A stretch of DNA of 64,000 nt from a bacterium (GCA_046331705.1 JAXLQJ010000036.1:1-64000), one strand, 5' to 3'; positions 14,221-27,437 are shown, numbered from the stretch's first letter. Translations and numbers: made by a program. Notes: a model not told the origin generated them from the letters alone.

Positions 14221-17085
14221 TCACCCGGCGGGCGGCGGATCGGTGAAGCGGTCGATCTGAGCGAGGATCTCGCTCCACGGCCCCGCCAGCACGCGCACGC
14301 CAGGCAACGAATCCAGCACCCGCTGCGCATAGTTGCGCTTGGTCAGGTTGCTCTGGAGCAAGAGCACGATGCCGCGATCGGTGCGGCTGCGGACGAGCCG
14401 CCCGACGCCTTGCTGGAACCGCAACAGGGCGCGCGGCAGCGTCCAGTCCTGGAACGGGTCGCCGCCCGCCTCGCGCACCGCTTCCTCACGCGCTTGCTGC
14501 AGCGGCTCGCCGGGAAAATCGAACGGCAGCCGCTCGATCACCACGCACGAGAGCACGCTGCCCGGCACGTCCACGCCTTCCCACAGGCTGCGCGAGCCGA
14601 GCACCACCTTGCGTCCACCGTCGCGCAGCGCCTGCACCAGCCGATCGCGGCCGCCGCCCGGCCCCTGCACGAGCACGTCGATCCCCTCGCCGCGCAACGC
14701 CTTGTCGAGACGCTCGCCCACCTGATCGCGCCGCCGGTTCGCGGCGAAGAGCGCCAGCGTGCGACCGCCCAAGCGCCGCGCGACGTCGGCGACCACGCGC
14801 GTGACGTCGGCGACGAAGGGCTCGCCCGAGTTCACGTCCGCGAGATCCTCCGGGATGCCGAGCACCATCTGCTGCTCGAGGTCGAAGGGGCTCGAGAGCG
14901 CCAGGAACGGAGCACGGCGCACCGCCGGCAGCTTGTCGAAACCGAGGCGGCGCGCCACGAACGCTCCCGGACCCTCCCCGCCGAGCGACAGCGTCGCCGA
15001 CGTGAGCACCACCGATCGGAAACGATCGAAGAGGTGCTCCACGATCAAGTCGGCGACCGCCACCGGTGCGCGACGGATCCGTTGCGCACGGGCGCCGCGC
15101 ACGTCCTCCACCTCGATCCAGTGCACGTACCCGGCATCCAGCTCGACGCCGAAGGCGGCGCCCAGGACTCGCGCGGCCGACTCGAGCGGGATGACGAGGG
15201 TCGCGAGCTCGCGCGCCACGCTCTCGCCCGCGCCGCCGAATCCGAGCTCGTCGATCATGCTGGAGAGCTCGCGGGACAGCCCGCCGACCACCTCGACCCA
15301 TTCGACCGATCGCGTCGCCAGGTCGCCGTGGGTCGGCAGCTCGCGCACCGCACGCGTCAGCCGAAGCGTCTTGCGGCCCTCGTCCGCCGCCTTCACGCCG
15401 CCCTCGTAGAGCAAGCGCTCGGCGGTGAAGCGGATCGGCCCGACGGCGGCGGCGGCGCGCTGCGCTGCCGCGCGTGTCCGACGCAGCCAGGCCTCGATGC
15501 GGGCGCCGTCGTCGGCATCCTTCGCCGCCGCGCGAGCCACGCGCGCCGCGGCATCCAGCATCCCGCCGGCGCGGCCCTTGCCCATCAAGTCGTCGAAGAT
15601 CCGTGCCAGCTCGGCGGGATCGAACGACGACGACCAGCGACTGGTGGCCGCATCCTCGAGCCCGTGGGCCTCGTCGACCACCAGGTGCCGCGAGGCGGGG
15701 TAACGCTCCGGCCAGAGCAGAGCAAGCGCGTGATTGGTGACGATCACATCGGCGCCGTGCGCGTTGCGAAGCGCGTGGGTGTAGAAGCAGCCGTCGCCGC
15801 GCCGGCACGCGGCCGTCGAGCACGACGCGGCGCTGGAGCGGATGCGATCCACCACTCGCGCCACGTGCGGTCCCTGGATCGAGTGCCAAGGCAGGAAGCG
15901 CTCCAGATCTCCGTCGGAGGTGAGCTCCAGGAAGGACGCGACGTAGGCGCGCAGCAGTCGCTCGCTCTCGCCCTCGGCGAGCTCGGGCGGCGCATCGAGC
16001 CAGCTCAACGCGCGGCGCGTGCAGACGTAGTTCTCCTGGCCCTTGAGCACCGCCCACGCGAGCTCGCCTCCGAGCGCGTGCGCGGCGCGCGGCAGATCCT
16101 GGCTCGCGAGCTGGTCCTGCAGGTTTCGCGTGTGGGTCGCGACCACCACGCGTACTCCATTGGCGCGGGCGAAGAGTCCCGCCGGCACCAGATACGCGAG
16201 CGACTTCCCGACTCCGGTGGGCGCCTCGATCATGAGCGAGCGCCCGTCCGAGAACGCCTCCGCCACGGCTTCCGCCATGCGAAGCTGCTGCGGTCGCGGC
16301 TCGAAGGCCGGCAGCGCGGCGGCGAGCCCGCTGGGCTCGGAAAACGCGCGCTGCACCGTCTCGGCGCTCACGCGTTGGTACTCCGCCGGCTCGTCGCGCG
16401 GCTCGATCGTGCGACTCTCGGCGACGAGGGGAGGAGTCGAGGGGGGCGGCTCGATGCGTGCCGCGAGCGAGCGCAAGACCGGCAGCCAGCCCCAGCGCGT
16501 CCCTTCCATGATGCGCAGCACGCGCTCCACGAAGGCGCGCCGACGATCGGTCACCACCGAGCGCAGCACCGCGAGCGTCACGTGGACGCAGTCGAGGGCG
16601 TCCTCGAGGCCGCGGTGCACCTCGTGATCGCGCACCTCGCACACGCGCGCGAGGTGGCCGAGGCTGCGGCGCGGATCGGTGCCACGCACCAGCCCCGCGA
16701 GCTCGAGCGTGTCGAGAAACGGGTTCGGCACCTCGCGCGCGAGCGCCGCGGCGAGGAAATCGCGCTCGAATCGTGCGTTGTGGGCGAGGATCGGCGAATC
16801 GCCGAGAAACGCGAGGAGCTCGGGCGCGACCTCCTCGAAGCGCGGCGCCGCGGCCACCATCGCCTCGTCGATGCCCGTGAGCCGGGTGATCGCCGCGGGA
16901 ATCGCGAGGCCGGGCCGGACCAGCGTGCGAAACGTGCGGGCGATCTCGCCATCGATGCACTCGACCGCGCCGATGTCGATGATGCGATCGCGCGCCGCGC
17001 TGAGACCGGTGGTCTCGAAATCGAGCGCCACGAAGCGCCCCGGAAGCAGGGCCGAGCCGGGCGTCGTGCCGGTCGCGTTGGTCAT
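14221..17085 (-). CDS. dinG: DEDDh 3'-5' exonuclease fused to DinG-family Fe-S helicase
   Basis: LDFETTG, AHNARFE, HRGLEDA (exonuclease); EAPTGVGKS, four Cys (YVC...SCSTAAC...GC), DEAH, TSATL, WEGVDVPG, QGVGRLVR. Confidence 0.92.
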   Translation of the reverse strand: MTNATGTTPGSALLPGRFVALDFETTGLSAARDRIIDIGAVECIDGEIARTFRTLVRPGLAIPAAITRLTGIDEAMVAAAPRFEEVAPELLAFLGDSPILAHNARFERDFLAAALAREVPNPFLDTLELAGLVRGTDPRRSLGHLARVCEVRDHEVHRGLEDALDCVHVTLAVLRSVVTDRRRAFVERVLRIMEGTRWGWLPVLRSLAARIEPPPSTPPLVAESRTIEPRDEPAEYQRVSAETVQRAFSEPSGLAAALPAFEPRPQQLRMAEAVAEAFSDGRSLMIEAPTGVGKSLAYLVPAGLFARANGVRVVVATHTRNLQDQLASQDLPRAAHALGGELAWAVLKGQENYVCTRRALSWLDAPPELAEGESERLLRAYVASFLELTSDGDLERFLPWHSIQGPHVARVVDRIRSSAASCSTAACRRGDGCFYTHALRNAHGADVIVTNHALALLWPERYPASRHLVVDEAHGLEDAATSRWSSSFDPAELARIFDDLMGKGRAGGMLDAAARVARAAAKDADDGARIEAWLRRTRAAAQRAAAAVGPIRFTAERLLYEGGVKAADEGRKTLRLTRAVRELPTHGDLATRSVEWVEVVGGLSRELSSMIDELGFGGAGESVARELATLVIPLESAARVLGAAFGVELDAGYVHWIEVEDVRGARAQRIRRAPVAVADLIVEHLFDRFRSVVLTSATLSLGGEGPGAFVARRLGFDKLPAVRRAPFLALSSPFDLEQQMVLGIPEDLADVNSGEPFVADVTRVVADVARRLGGRTLALFAANRRRDQVGERLDKALRGEGIDVLVQGPGGGRDRLVQALRDGGRKVVLGSRSLWEGVDVPGSVLSCVVIERLPFDFPGEPLQQAREEAVREAGGDPFQDWTLPRALLRFQQGVGRLVRSRTDRGIVLLLQSNLTKRNYAQRVLDSLPGVRVLAGPWSEILAQIDRFTDPPPAG

Positions 17086-17160
17086 GAGCGAGCTCTCTCG
17101 ATCGGCGCGCGCGTGCGTTCTGGACCGCGAGTGGCGCGCACGGCCGGAGCACCATACGCG

Positions 17161-17196
17161 AAAAAGGCCCCGGCGCCATTTCGGCGGCGGGGCCTT
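17161..17196 (-). terminator. Intrinsic terminator after ompA-like gene
   Basis: Minus strand AAGGCCCCGCCGCC-GAAAT-GGCGCCGGGGCC-TTTTT, about 30 nt past the stop. Confidence 0.75.
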
Positions 17197-17227
17197 CGGG
17201 GCGCTGCGCCCCGGCGAGGCGCACGTG

Positions 17228-17998
17228 CTATTTCGAGCGCAGATCCACGCGGCGATTCTGCGCGCGCCCTTCCGGCGTGGAATTGGTGGCGATCGGCCGC
17301 GACTCGCCGAAGCCCACGATCTCGATCCGCGACGGATCGATGCCCGCGGCGACCAGCTCCATCTTGACGGCCTTGGCGCGGTCGATGCTCAGCTTCTGAT
17401 TCGCCGCATCGGAGCCGACGCTGTCGGTGTTGCCCTCGGCGATGAGCATCATCTTCGGATCGGCAGCGATCTGCCGCACCGCCTCGCGGACGATCATCTG
17501 CGAGTGCGGCGTGAGCTCGTGCTTGGCGGTGTCGAAGTAGACGGCCTGCCGGACGTGGAAATCGATCGGTTCGACGGGCGCGGCGGCCTCGGCGGGAATG
17601 GAGTCGGGGCAGCCGTCCTCGTCCCGGTAGCCGTTTTGCGTCTCGGGATCGTCGGGGCAAAGATCGTCGATGTCGAGCACGCCATCGTGATCGCGGTCCG
17701 CACCGGACATCACGAGGTCGTGAGCCTTCTTCACGTTCTCGCGTACCGCGGCGAGCACCTCCTGCGCCTCCCAGTAGTCGCGCTCCGCGTACTCCTCCTG
17801 GAAGAAATCGAGGCTCGACTCCGCCACCGCAATCTCGCGCGGCGCGTAGCGCTCCGCTTGCTGCGCCTTGAGCTCCACGAGCTCGCGCGACAGATCGTCG
17901 GCTTGCTGCTTCATCAAGCCGGCGTTCGTGCAACCGGCTGCACCGACGAGCGCCAAGCCCGCGACGGTCACCACGAGTGTGCTCAACTTGCGAATCAT
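17228..17998 (-). CDS. OmpA-family lipoprotein with DUF4398-like helical region and thrombospondin type-3-like repeat
   Basis: Lipobox AAGC; DRDHDGVLDIDDLCPDDPE...DEDGCPD; GNTDSVG..NQKLSIDRA..GFGE..NRRV. Confidence 0.9.
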   Translation of the reverse strand: MIRKLSTLVVTVAGLALVGAAGCTNAGLMKQQADDLSRELVELKAQQAERYAPREIAVAESSLDFFQEEYAERDYWEAQEVLAAVRENVKKAHDLVMSGADRDHDGVLDIDDLCPDDPETQNGYRDEDGCPDSIPAEAAAPVEPIDFHVRQAVYFDTAKHELTPHSQMIVREAVRQIAADPKMMLIAEGNTDSVGSDAANQKLSIDRAKAVKMELVAAGIDPSRIEIVGFGESRPIATNSTPEGRAQNRRVDLRSK

Positions 17999-18050
17999 TC
18001 GGATCGACCTCGACGTCGCGCGGGACGCAGTTGAAGATGCGGCAAGACGT

Positions 18051-18509
18051 TCAGTTCCCGCCCTCGGGCTCGGGCTGGACGACGAGCTCCGGCTCGCGAG
18101 GCGGCGGCGCCGCCGGGGGCGGCTCGGGCGCGGGCGGCGCCACGGGCGTGACTTCCATGTCCCCCATGGAGCCCCCGGTCGAAGCCGCGGGTTCGGGCGG
18201 GGCGGCCTCGGGCGCCGCTGGCGCGGCCATCGGCGCCGCAGCCGCGGCGCCGTGGAGCTGCGCGGCGGACTTGCGCGCGAAATCGCGCGCCGAGGCGAAG
18301 TCCGACTCGCGATTCTCGATCTGGGCGCGCGTCAGGTATTGCTCGGCCAGGTAGTACTGGTAGGGACTCGCCTTCTCGAGGCCCTGGGCCTTGGCCGACT
18401 CGAAGGCGCCCTCGGCGCTCGAGAGCGCGTCCTGGGCCTCGAAGTAGTAGCAACCGGGAAACGCCACGAGACTGGCGAACACCACGGATCGGATGCGGAT
18501 GCCGGCCAC
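18051..18509 (-). CDS. DUF4398-like lipoprotein with Pro/Ala-rich tail
   Basis: GTG start after GAGG; signal ending PGC; A..AF..AK..G.....PY.Y..A..YL..A helical pattern; paired with the ompA gene. Confidence 0.65.
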   Translation of the reverse strand: MAGIRIRSVVFASLVAFPGCYYFEAQDALSSAEGAFESAKAQGLEKASPYQYYLAEQYLTRAQIENRESDFASARDFARKSAAQLHGAAAAAPMAAPAAPEAAPPEPAASTGGSMGDMEVTPVAPPAPEPPPAAPPPREPELVVQPEPEGGN

Positions 18510-18556
18510 GGAAACCTCGTCTTTCCTAACGTTTTCAGGGACATCGAGCGTGGTTG

Positions 18557-18586
18557 CAGGTACCACCTTCGCCCCGACGGTGTCAA
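18557..18586 (-). promoter_or_regulatory. Putative sigma70 promoter for the DUF4398-ompA pair
   Basis: Minus strand TTGACA-18bp-TACCTG with TG extended -10. Confidence 0.4.
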
Positions 18587-19392
18587 GGCGGATCGCGCGT
18601 GGATCCGCCGGGAATCGCGCTCGAAATGCGTTGAAATCCCCCATCTCCTCCCGCTCGTCGAGGATGCACGCCTTCACCGGTTCGCGCCACCACCAGCACG
18701 TCGACACGTCGCGCCCCGGCCTCGCGAAGCGCCCGCGCGCACGCGTCCGCGGTCGCTCCGGTGGTGAGCACGTCGTCGAGGAGCAGCACGCGCCTGTCGG
18801 CGATGGCGTCCGCTCGGGTCACGCGAAACACCCGCGCGACGTTGCCGCGCCGAGCGGCGCGTCCGGACGCCGCCTGCGCCGCTTCCGCCCCGCGACGCGC
18901 CAGCGCGCGAGCGACGTATCGCTCGCCGCGCCCGGCGGCGTAGCCGCGCGCCAAGAGCGCCGCCTGGTTGAACCCCCGCTTGCGCAAGCGCGCGGGGGCG
19001 AGCGGCACGGCCACGATCGCGTCGTAGGCGTTGCTCGCGAACGGGTCGCGGGCCAGCAGCAGCCGCGCGAGCGTCCCGCCGAGCGCGTGGACGCCGTCGT
19101 ACTTGAAGCGCTGGATCAGGTCGTGCGCGGCGCCCGCGTACGGTGCGACCGCGCGGGCGCGCTCGAACGCACGGGGGTGCGCCCTGCAGGCCGCACAGCG
19201 ATCCACCGCCCCGGGACGCGGCACGCCGCACGTGCGGCAGACGTGAGAGGGCAAGCGGGGGATCGAGTCGGCGCATTCGCGGCAGATCGGCCCCCAATCC
19301 GAGCCTTCGTCCGCGCCGCAGAGCTGGCACGCGACGGGAAGCGCCAGCGACAGGAGATCGGCGAGGAGCGTGCTCCACGTGATCGCTCGCAT
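18583..19392 (-). CDS. comF: ComF-family double zinc-ribbon/phosphoribosyltransferase-domain protein
   Basis: CQLC..CREC..CRTC..CAAC; FKY; RGFNQA; LLLDDVLTTGAT. Confidence 0.9.
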   Translation of the reverse strand: MRAITWSTLLADLLSLALPVACQLCGADEGSDWGPICRECADSIPRLPSHVCRTCGVPRPGAVDRCAACRAHPRAFERARAVAPYAGAAHDLIQRFKYDGVHALGGTLARLLLARDPFASNAYDAIVAVPLAPARLRKRGFNQAALLARGYAAGRGERYVARALARRGAEAAQAASGRAARRGNVARVFRVTRADAIADRRVLLLDDVLTTGATADACARALREAGARRVDVLVVARTGEGVHPRRAGGDGGFQRISSAIPGGSTRDPP

Positions 19393-19406
19393 GAAGGTCC
19401 GCGAGC

Positions 19407-19421
19407 GCAAGCGGCGTGCCG
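19407..19421 (-). promoter_or_regulatory. Candidate sigma54 (-24/-12) promoter upstream of comF
   Basis: Minus strand CGGCACG-CCGC-TTGC versus consensus TGGCACG-N4-TTGC. Confidence 0.45.
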
Positions 19422-19489
19422 CTCGTCGCGCTGCGGCGAGCGAGCGCGCCGCGGCCAGGCGGCGCAGCGATCCGCGCTCGCGCGAGTGG

Positions 19490-20866
19490 TCACACGGTGA
19501 GCAGCGGCCCCACGGGCGAGGCGGGCTCACGGCGCTCGATCTCGAGCCGCACCGAGCTGCGCAACGTGTCCCAATCCCCGCACGACGCGCAGCGCGCTTC
19601 CCAGCGCTGGGTGCTCGCTCCGCATGCCCGACAGACGTAGCGCAGCCCCTCGATCCGGACGGCCTTGCGGAACTCCTGCACCGCGGCATCGAGGTTCTTG
19701 CGGCGGTGGAAGGCCTCGCCGCGCAGCACCGAGAGCTCGACGAAATGCACGCCTCCGGCCTCGACGCGATCGAATTGCTCGAGCGCCTCGTCGACCATCT
19801 CGAGCTTCAGACAGAACTTCCCGTACATGAAATGCAGCACGAGGTTCTTGGGGTCGCGCTGGATCGCCTCCTGGTAGATCTTGACCATGCGGCTCGGATC
19901 GCCCTGCTTGAGGCAGAGCTCCTCGAGCCGGTCGAGGAGCACGAGCTGTGCGTCGGCGCGGAACGCTCGCTCCCAGACCTTGATCGCCTCACCCTCCTGA
20001 CCGCGGCGCACGAGCGCATCGCCCAGGGTCACGGCAGCGGGGACGAACTGCGCGTTGCGCTTGAGGATGTCGCGCAGCGCGGTGATGGAATCGTCCGACT
20101 TGCCTTCCTCGAGCCGACGGCGCGCCACCTCGTAGCGCAAGAACGTGAGCCGCGCGGCCTCGCGGGCGAGCACCGGGCTGGTCGCCTCGCGCAACAGTCG
20201 CACCAGATGCTGCTGGGTCGCGTACGCCTCCTCCCAGTCGCCGCCGCGCTCGGCGATCTCGCGCAGCGCCTCCAGGATGCCGACGCTCGGTCCCGTCTCC
20301 CGCAACGCGCGGCGGAGCTCGGTGGCAGCCTCGGCATGCCGGCCGTCGGCTTCCAGCACCCGCGCCTTGGCGAGCGAGATCCGCACGCTCTTCGGATGAG
20401 CGCCGCGCTCTTCCTCGAGCAGCTCGAGCGCCTTCGCGCGCTGTCCCTCGGCGAGGTGAAGCTCGGCGAGCGCGAGGTGACTCTCGGTGTGGGTGAGCTC
20501 GTGGCGCAGAGTGTGCGTGAGCGCCTTACGCGCACGGCCGACGTCCTTGCGCGCGACGTGATCCAGGGCTTCGTCGAGAAGCGCGATCGCGGCCTGCCCG
20601 CGGCGCGCGCCGCGCCCGATCCTCCCGCGCGCGAGCCACGCCGGCAGGTAGCCCAACAGAAACGCCACGATGAAGGCCGCGCCGAAGCCGATCACGGCGA
20701 CGAGCGCCGGGTACACGGCGATCTCGAACGGCGCCGTGCGCTTCCAGATCACGAGCGGGACCGCGTGGCCCACGACGTCGTGGTTCCAGATCATGAAGAA
20801 GAACGAGTACACCAGCGCCGCCACGGCGACGACGAGTCCCACCATGATGCGGATCAGCTTGATCAT
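19490..20866 (-). CDS. lapB: LapA-LapB(YciM)-like fusion: two N-terminal TMs, TPR repeats, C-terminal rubredoxin-like Zn finger
   Basis: TM-N..V-TM LapA-like N-terminus; TPR helices; YVCRACG....WEARCASCGDWDT. Confidence 0.75.
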   Translation of the reverse strand: MIKLIRIMVGLVVAVAALVYSFFFMIWNHDVVGHAVPLVIWKRTAPFEIAVYPALVAVIGFGAAFIVAFLLGYLPAWLARGRIGRGARRGQAAIALLDEALDHVARKDVGRARKALTHTLRHELTHTESHLALAELHLAEGQRAKALELLEEERGAHPKSVRISLAKARVLEADGRHAEAATELRRALRETGPSVGILEALREIAERGGDWEEAYATQQHLVRLLREATSPVLAREAARLTFLRYEVARRRLEEGKSDDSITALRDILKRNAQFVPAAVTLGDALVRRGQEGEAIKVWERAFRADAQLVLLDRLEELCLKQGDPSRMVKIYQEAIQRDPKNLVLHFMYGKFCLKLEMVDEALEQFDRVEAGGVHFVELSVLRGEAFHRRKNLDAAVQEFRKAVRIEGLRYVCRACGASTQRWEARCASCGDWDTLRSSVRLEIERREPASPVGPLLTV

Positions 20867-21411
20867 GCCCGCCTCGTGCCGCGCGCGGAGCGTGTGGACG
20901 GTCGCGAACCGGTCGGAGTGCTCACGGCCGCGCCTGAGCGGTGCGGCGCGCCGCCGTGGTGATAGCCGGTGCCGTCGAGGATCTGGAACGCCCGATAGAG
21001 CTGCTCGACCAACACCAAGCGAACCAGCTCGTGCGGGAACGTCATTTTCGACAGGGATACCGTGAAGCGCGCGCGCGAGGCAACCGCAGGATCGAAACCG
21101 TACGCACCGCCGATCGCGAAGCTGAGCAGACGCGTGCCGCTCGCCTGCCAGCCTCCGAGGCGCGCCGCGAAGGCCTCGCTGGTGAGCTCCTCGCCGTGCT
21201 CGTCGAGGCGCACCAGGGTCGAGTCGCTCGGGACTCGGGCGAGGATGCGCTCGGCCTCGCGGGCGCGGCCGTCGGGCCGGTCGCCAGGATCGGCCTTCAC
21301 CTCGAGCCATTCGACGGCGCGCGGTCCGCGCAACCTCGACAGGTAATCGGCGACCCCCTCGCGCACGTACGGCGTGCGCGTGGCGCCGACCGCGATCACC
21401 TGGATCTTCAT
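20863..21411 (-). CDS. rlmH: 23S rRNA (pseudouridine1915-N3)-methyltransferase
   Basis: MKIQVIAVG, LDEHG, FAIGGAYG, SLSKMTFPHELVRLVLVEQLYRA, YH. Confidence 0.95.
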   Translation of the reverse strand: MKIQVIAVGATRTPYVREGVADYLSRLRGPRAVEWLEVKADPGDRPDGRAREAERILARVPSDSTLVRLDEHGEELTSEAFAARLGGWQASGTRLLSFAIGGAYGFDPAVASRARFTVSLSKMTFPHELVRLVLVEQLYRAFQILDGTGYHHGGAPHRSGAAVSTPTGSRPSTRSARGTRRA

Positions 21412-21452
21412 GCCCGGATCGGACGGCGCGCGGCGCCGCCGCGGGCGCGCAT

Positions 21453-21893
21453 CTACGCGCCGGGCTCGGCGCTGTCGAGGGCGCCAGGCCCCTCGTCGGG
21501 CGCTTCCGGCAGCTCGAGGCGCGGCGCGTCCGACCACAGGCTCTCGAGGTCGTACACCGAGCGCTGGGGCGCGTAGAAGACGTGCACGACCACCTCGCCG
21601 GCGTCGACCAGGACCCATTGGCCCCGCGACTCGCCTTCGGTGCCGAGGATGGGTACGCGCGCCGCCTTCATGGCCTGCACGATGCTGTCGACGATCGCCT
21701 TCACCTGACGGTCGCTACGGCCGCTCACCACCACGAAGAAGTCGGTGAACGGCGATCGACCGCGGAGGTCGATCACGACGGGATCGAGCGCCTTGCGATC
21801 GCGCGCCCATTCCACGCACGCCAGCGCCAATGCCGCGCCTTCCGGGCGCTTCGCCTGCGCGCCCGACGGTCGGCCGGTTTTGCGATCAGCCAC
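21453..21893 (-). CDS. rsfS: Ribosome silencing factor
   Basis: [39 protein letters not shown]...[13 protein letters not shown] start overlaps the proA end. Confidence 0.93.
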   Translation of the reverse strand: MADRKTGRPSGAQAKRPEGAALALACVEWARDRKALDPVVIDLRGRSPFTDFFVVVSGRSDRQVKAIVDSIVQAMKAARVPILGTEGESRGQWVLVDAGEVVVHVFYAPQRSVYDLESLWSDAPRLELPEAPDEGPGALDSAEPGA

Positions 21894-23162
21894 GAATCTG
21901 CCCCTCGCCGTAGACCACGAATTTGCGGGTGGTGAGCTCTTCGAGCCCCATCGGGCCGAAGGCGTGCAGCTTGGTGGTGGAGATGCCGATCTCGGCACCC
22001 AAGCCGAGCTGGTTGCCGTCCGCGAATCGCGTCGACGCGTTCACCAGGACGCACGAAGAGCCGACCTCGCGCAGGAAGCGCTGCGCGTTGGCGTAGTCGC
22101 GCGTCACGATGCTCTCCGTGTGCATCGAGCCGTAACGCTCGATGTGCGTCATCGCCGCGTCGAGGTCGTCGACCACCTTCATCGCCACCACCAGGTCGAG
22201 GAACTCGGCGGGCCAATCGTCCTCGGTGGCGGCGCGCGCCGCCGGAACCAGCGCGACCGTGCGCGGGCAGCCCCGGATCTCGACGCCCGCCGCGATCAAC
22301 GCGTCCGCCAGCGCCGGCACCAGCACCGCAGCCGCCTTCGCGTGGACCAGCACCGTCTCGACGGCGTTGCACACTGACGGCCGCTGCACCTTGCCGTTGA
22401 TCACGATGTCGCGCGCCATCTCGAGGTCGGCGGACTCGTCGACGAACACGTGGCAGACACCCTTGTAGTGCTTGATGACCGGGATCCGCGAGTGCTGCGC
22501 CACGAAGCGGATGAGCGCCTCGCCGCCGCGCGGGATGATGACGTCCACGTCGTCCTCGGCCTCGAGCAGGTGCTGGACGGCCGCGCGATCGGTGAACGGC
22601 ACCAGCTGCACCGCGTCGGCGGGCAAGCCGGCGGCGACGATCGCCCCGCGCGCCACCTCGGCGAGCGCCTGATTCGACTCGATCGCGTCCGAGCCGCCCT
22701 TGAGCACGCACGCGTTACCCGCCTTGAAGCACAGCACGGCCGCGTCGATGGTCACGTTCGGGCGCGCCTCGTACACGATGCCGATGACGCCGAGAGGGAT
22801 GCGCATGCGCCCCACCAGCAACCCGTTCGGCCGCCGCCACATGCCGGTGATCTCGCCCACCGGGTCCGGCAAGGCCACCACCTCGCGCACGGCGGAGGCG
22901 ATGTCGCGAACGCGCTTCGCGTCGAGCGCCAGGCGATCGAGCATGGCCGGGGCGACGCCGGCCTCGCGGGCCCGCGCCAGATCGAGCGCGTTGGCTTCGA
23001 GGATCCAGTCGGTGCGCGTCTCGAGCGCGGCGGCGATCCCCTCGAGCGCCTGGTTCTTGCGCGCCGAGCCGGCGGCGGCGAGCGGACGCGCGGCGGCGCG
23101 CGCCTGGCGCGTGATCGCCCGCACGCGGCTCGCGAGGTCCATCGATCCAGTCATGGCTTCGC

Positions 23163-23166
<4 letters not shown>
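21886..23166 (-). CDS. proA: Gamma-glutamyl phosphate reductase
   Basis: [57 protein letters not shown]. Confidence 0.97.
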
Positions 23167-25790
<2,624 letters not shown>

Positions 25791-25851
25791 GGTGACGTCT
25801 CCTTCCGGGCACCGGTTGTCGCGGCGGGTGACCCCACGCCGCGAACCGCGT

Positions 25852-26169
25852 TCAAGCCGGTGCTTCGATCTTCTGGATGCGGATCACGGTCTGCGCCTGG
25901 CGATGGCCGATCCGGCGCGCGTACTTCTTGCGGCGCTTGTAGGTGAACACCCGGATCTTGCGGCCCCGTGCCTGGCGCACCACCTCGCCCACCACGCGCG
26001 CTCCGGCGACCACCGGCGCACCGACCAGCACGGCCTCGCCACCGCCGATCAACAACACGCGGTCGAGGTCGACGGTCGCGCCAGGCTCGCCGCCCAGACG
26101 CTCCACCGCGAGCAGCTCACCTTCCTCGACGCGATACTGCTTTCCACCAGTCTCGATCACGGCGTACAT
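25852..26169 (-). CDS. rplU: 50S ribosomal protein L21
   Basis: [22 protein letters not shown]. Confidence 0.98.
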   Translation of the reverse strand: MYAVIETGGKQYRVEEGELLAVERLGGEPGATVDLDRVLLIGGGEAVLVGAPVVAGARVVGEVVRQARGRKIRVFTYKRRKKYARRIGHRQAQTVIRIQKIEAPA

Positions 26170-26243
26170 CGGACACTCTCCGTGGCGCGGCGCCGCGATC
26201 GGCGCCACCGCTGCAACACATCGATTTCGCTCGGAAACGACGG

Positions 26244-26272
26244 AAACTATCCGTGGTGTCCCAGGGTGTCAA
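26244..26272 (-). promoter_or_regulatory. sigma70 promoter of the rplU-rpmA operon
   Basis: Minus strand TTGACA-17bp-TAGTTT, about 75 nt upstream of the rplU ATG. Confidence 0.75.
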
Positions 26273-26334
26273 GGCGAGCTTGCCGCGCGCCCGCGCCGAA
26301 AACGGGCGCGGGGCGGCTGCACCCGAACGCTGGA

Positions 26335-27339
26335 TCAGCCGGCGACAGCACCGTCGATCCGCTCCAGGACTCCCAGCTCGCGCAGCTTGGCCAGGCTCTT
26401 GAGCGTGTCGAGATCCGTGAGACCCGACTCGTCGCACACCGTGCCGACGCGGTGGTGGCGCTGCACCAGCAGCATCACGTACTTGCCGTTGGCGTCGATC
26501 TGGCTCTCGAGCACCTCGTGCTCCCCCCACTCCTGGTACGCGGCGTCCTCGCCCCCCAGCTCGTTCGAGAGCTGGTCGTGCTCGATCCGCTGGAAGAGCG
26601 CCGTCATGGTGAGGTCCTCGACGTCGCCGAGATCGGGACCGAGCTGCGGGGGAACCACCGCCAGCTCTTCCATGCTCCAACGCGCGTGACGCCACGTGAA
26701 GAGCCGGAACGCCGCCTTGAGCCCGATCTGCCGCCCCGCGGTTGCGCTCAGCACGCGATCGCCGGCCACCAGGATCTCGCCGGTCTCGCCATAGCGCCCG
26801 GCCTCGTGCTCGTCCGCTCCGTTTGCGGTGCCGCCGCCGCCACGGATGAGCGAGATGCGCGCGCTCTTGCCATCGAGGCTGACCATCTGCAGCAGATCGG
26901 CGAGCGGCGTGTCGGCCACCGACCCCGCAACCGGCCCCTTGGCCGCCTGCGGCGCGACGCCCTTGCCCGCGCGCGTCAGCAGGTTCCGCACCCGCAGCAC
27001 CACCTCGTCCCGATCGAACGGCTTGGGGATGTAGTCGTCGGCGCCCATCTCGAGTCCCTGCAGGCGCTTGGGCACGCCGTCCAGCGCGGTCAGGAACATG
27101 AACGGGATGTTGCTGGTCTCGGGCCGCGCCTTGAGCAGGCGGCAGAGGAAGAAGCCGTCCAGGTTCGGCATCTGGATGTCGGAGATGATGAGGTCCGGCT
27201 TGCGCCCCATGATGAGCGCGATCGCTCGATCCCCGTCGTCCGCGGTCAGCACGTCGTAACCCGCGGCGGACAACGCTTCCTTCATCGTGGCGAGGATGGC
27301 GCGGCTGTCGTCGACGACCAGGATCGTGGGTGTGGCCAT
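26335..27339 (-). CDS. Response regulator with receiver and DUF4388 (PatA_N-like) domain
   Basis: ILVVDD, ISDIQMPNLDG, FLTA, DYIPKPF; GSVADTPLADLLQMVSLDGKS. Confidence 0.85.
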   Translation of the reverse strand: MATPTILVVDDSRAILATMKEALSAAGYDVLTADDGDRAIALIMGRKPDLIISDIQMPNLDGFFLCRLLKARPETSNIPFMFLTALDGVPKRLQGLEMGADDYIPKPFDRDEVVLRVRNLLTRAGKGVAPQAAKGPVAGSVADTPLADLLQMVSLDGKSARISLIRGGGGTANGADEHEAGRYGETGEILVAGDRVLSATAGRQIGLKAAFRLFTWRHARWSMEELAVVPPQLGPDLGDVEDLTMTALFQRIEHDQLSNELGGEDAAYQEWGEHEVLESQIDANGKYVMLLVQRHHRVGTVCDESGLTDLDTLKSLAKLRELGVLERIDGAVAG

Positions 27340-27437
27340 GGCGCGCTCCCGATGGGCTCGAACAATCGTCGCCTGGTTCTACCGGCTTGCATCGATCGAG
27401 AGCAAGGACGGCCCGCTCCGGGCTCCGCCAGCGCTCG

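Noticed and set aside
14221..17085. DinG as a type IV CRISPR or defence component
   Set aside because: No cas genes or repeat-spacer array; Exo-DinG fusions are a known housekeeping architecture.
17228..18509. DUF4398 lipoprotein plus OmpA pair as a novel system
   Set aside because: A recurrent, already-annotated pairing in Gram-negative bacteria.
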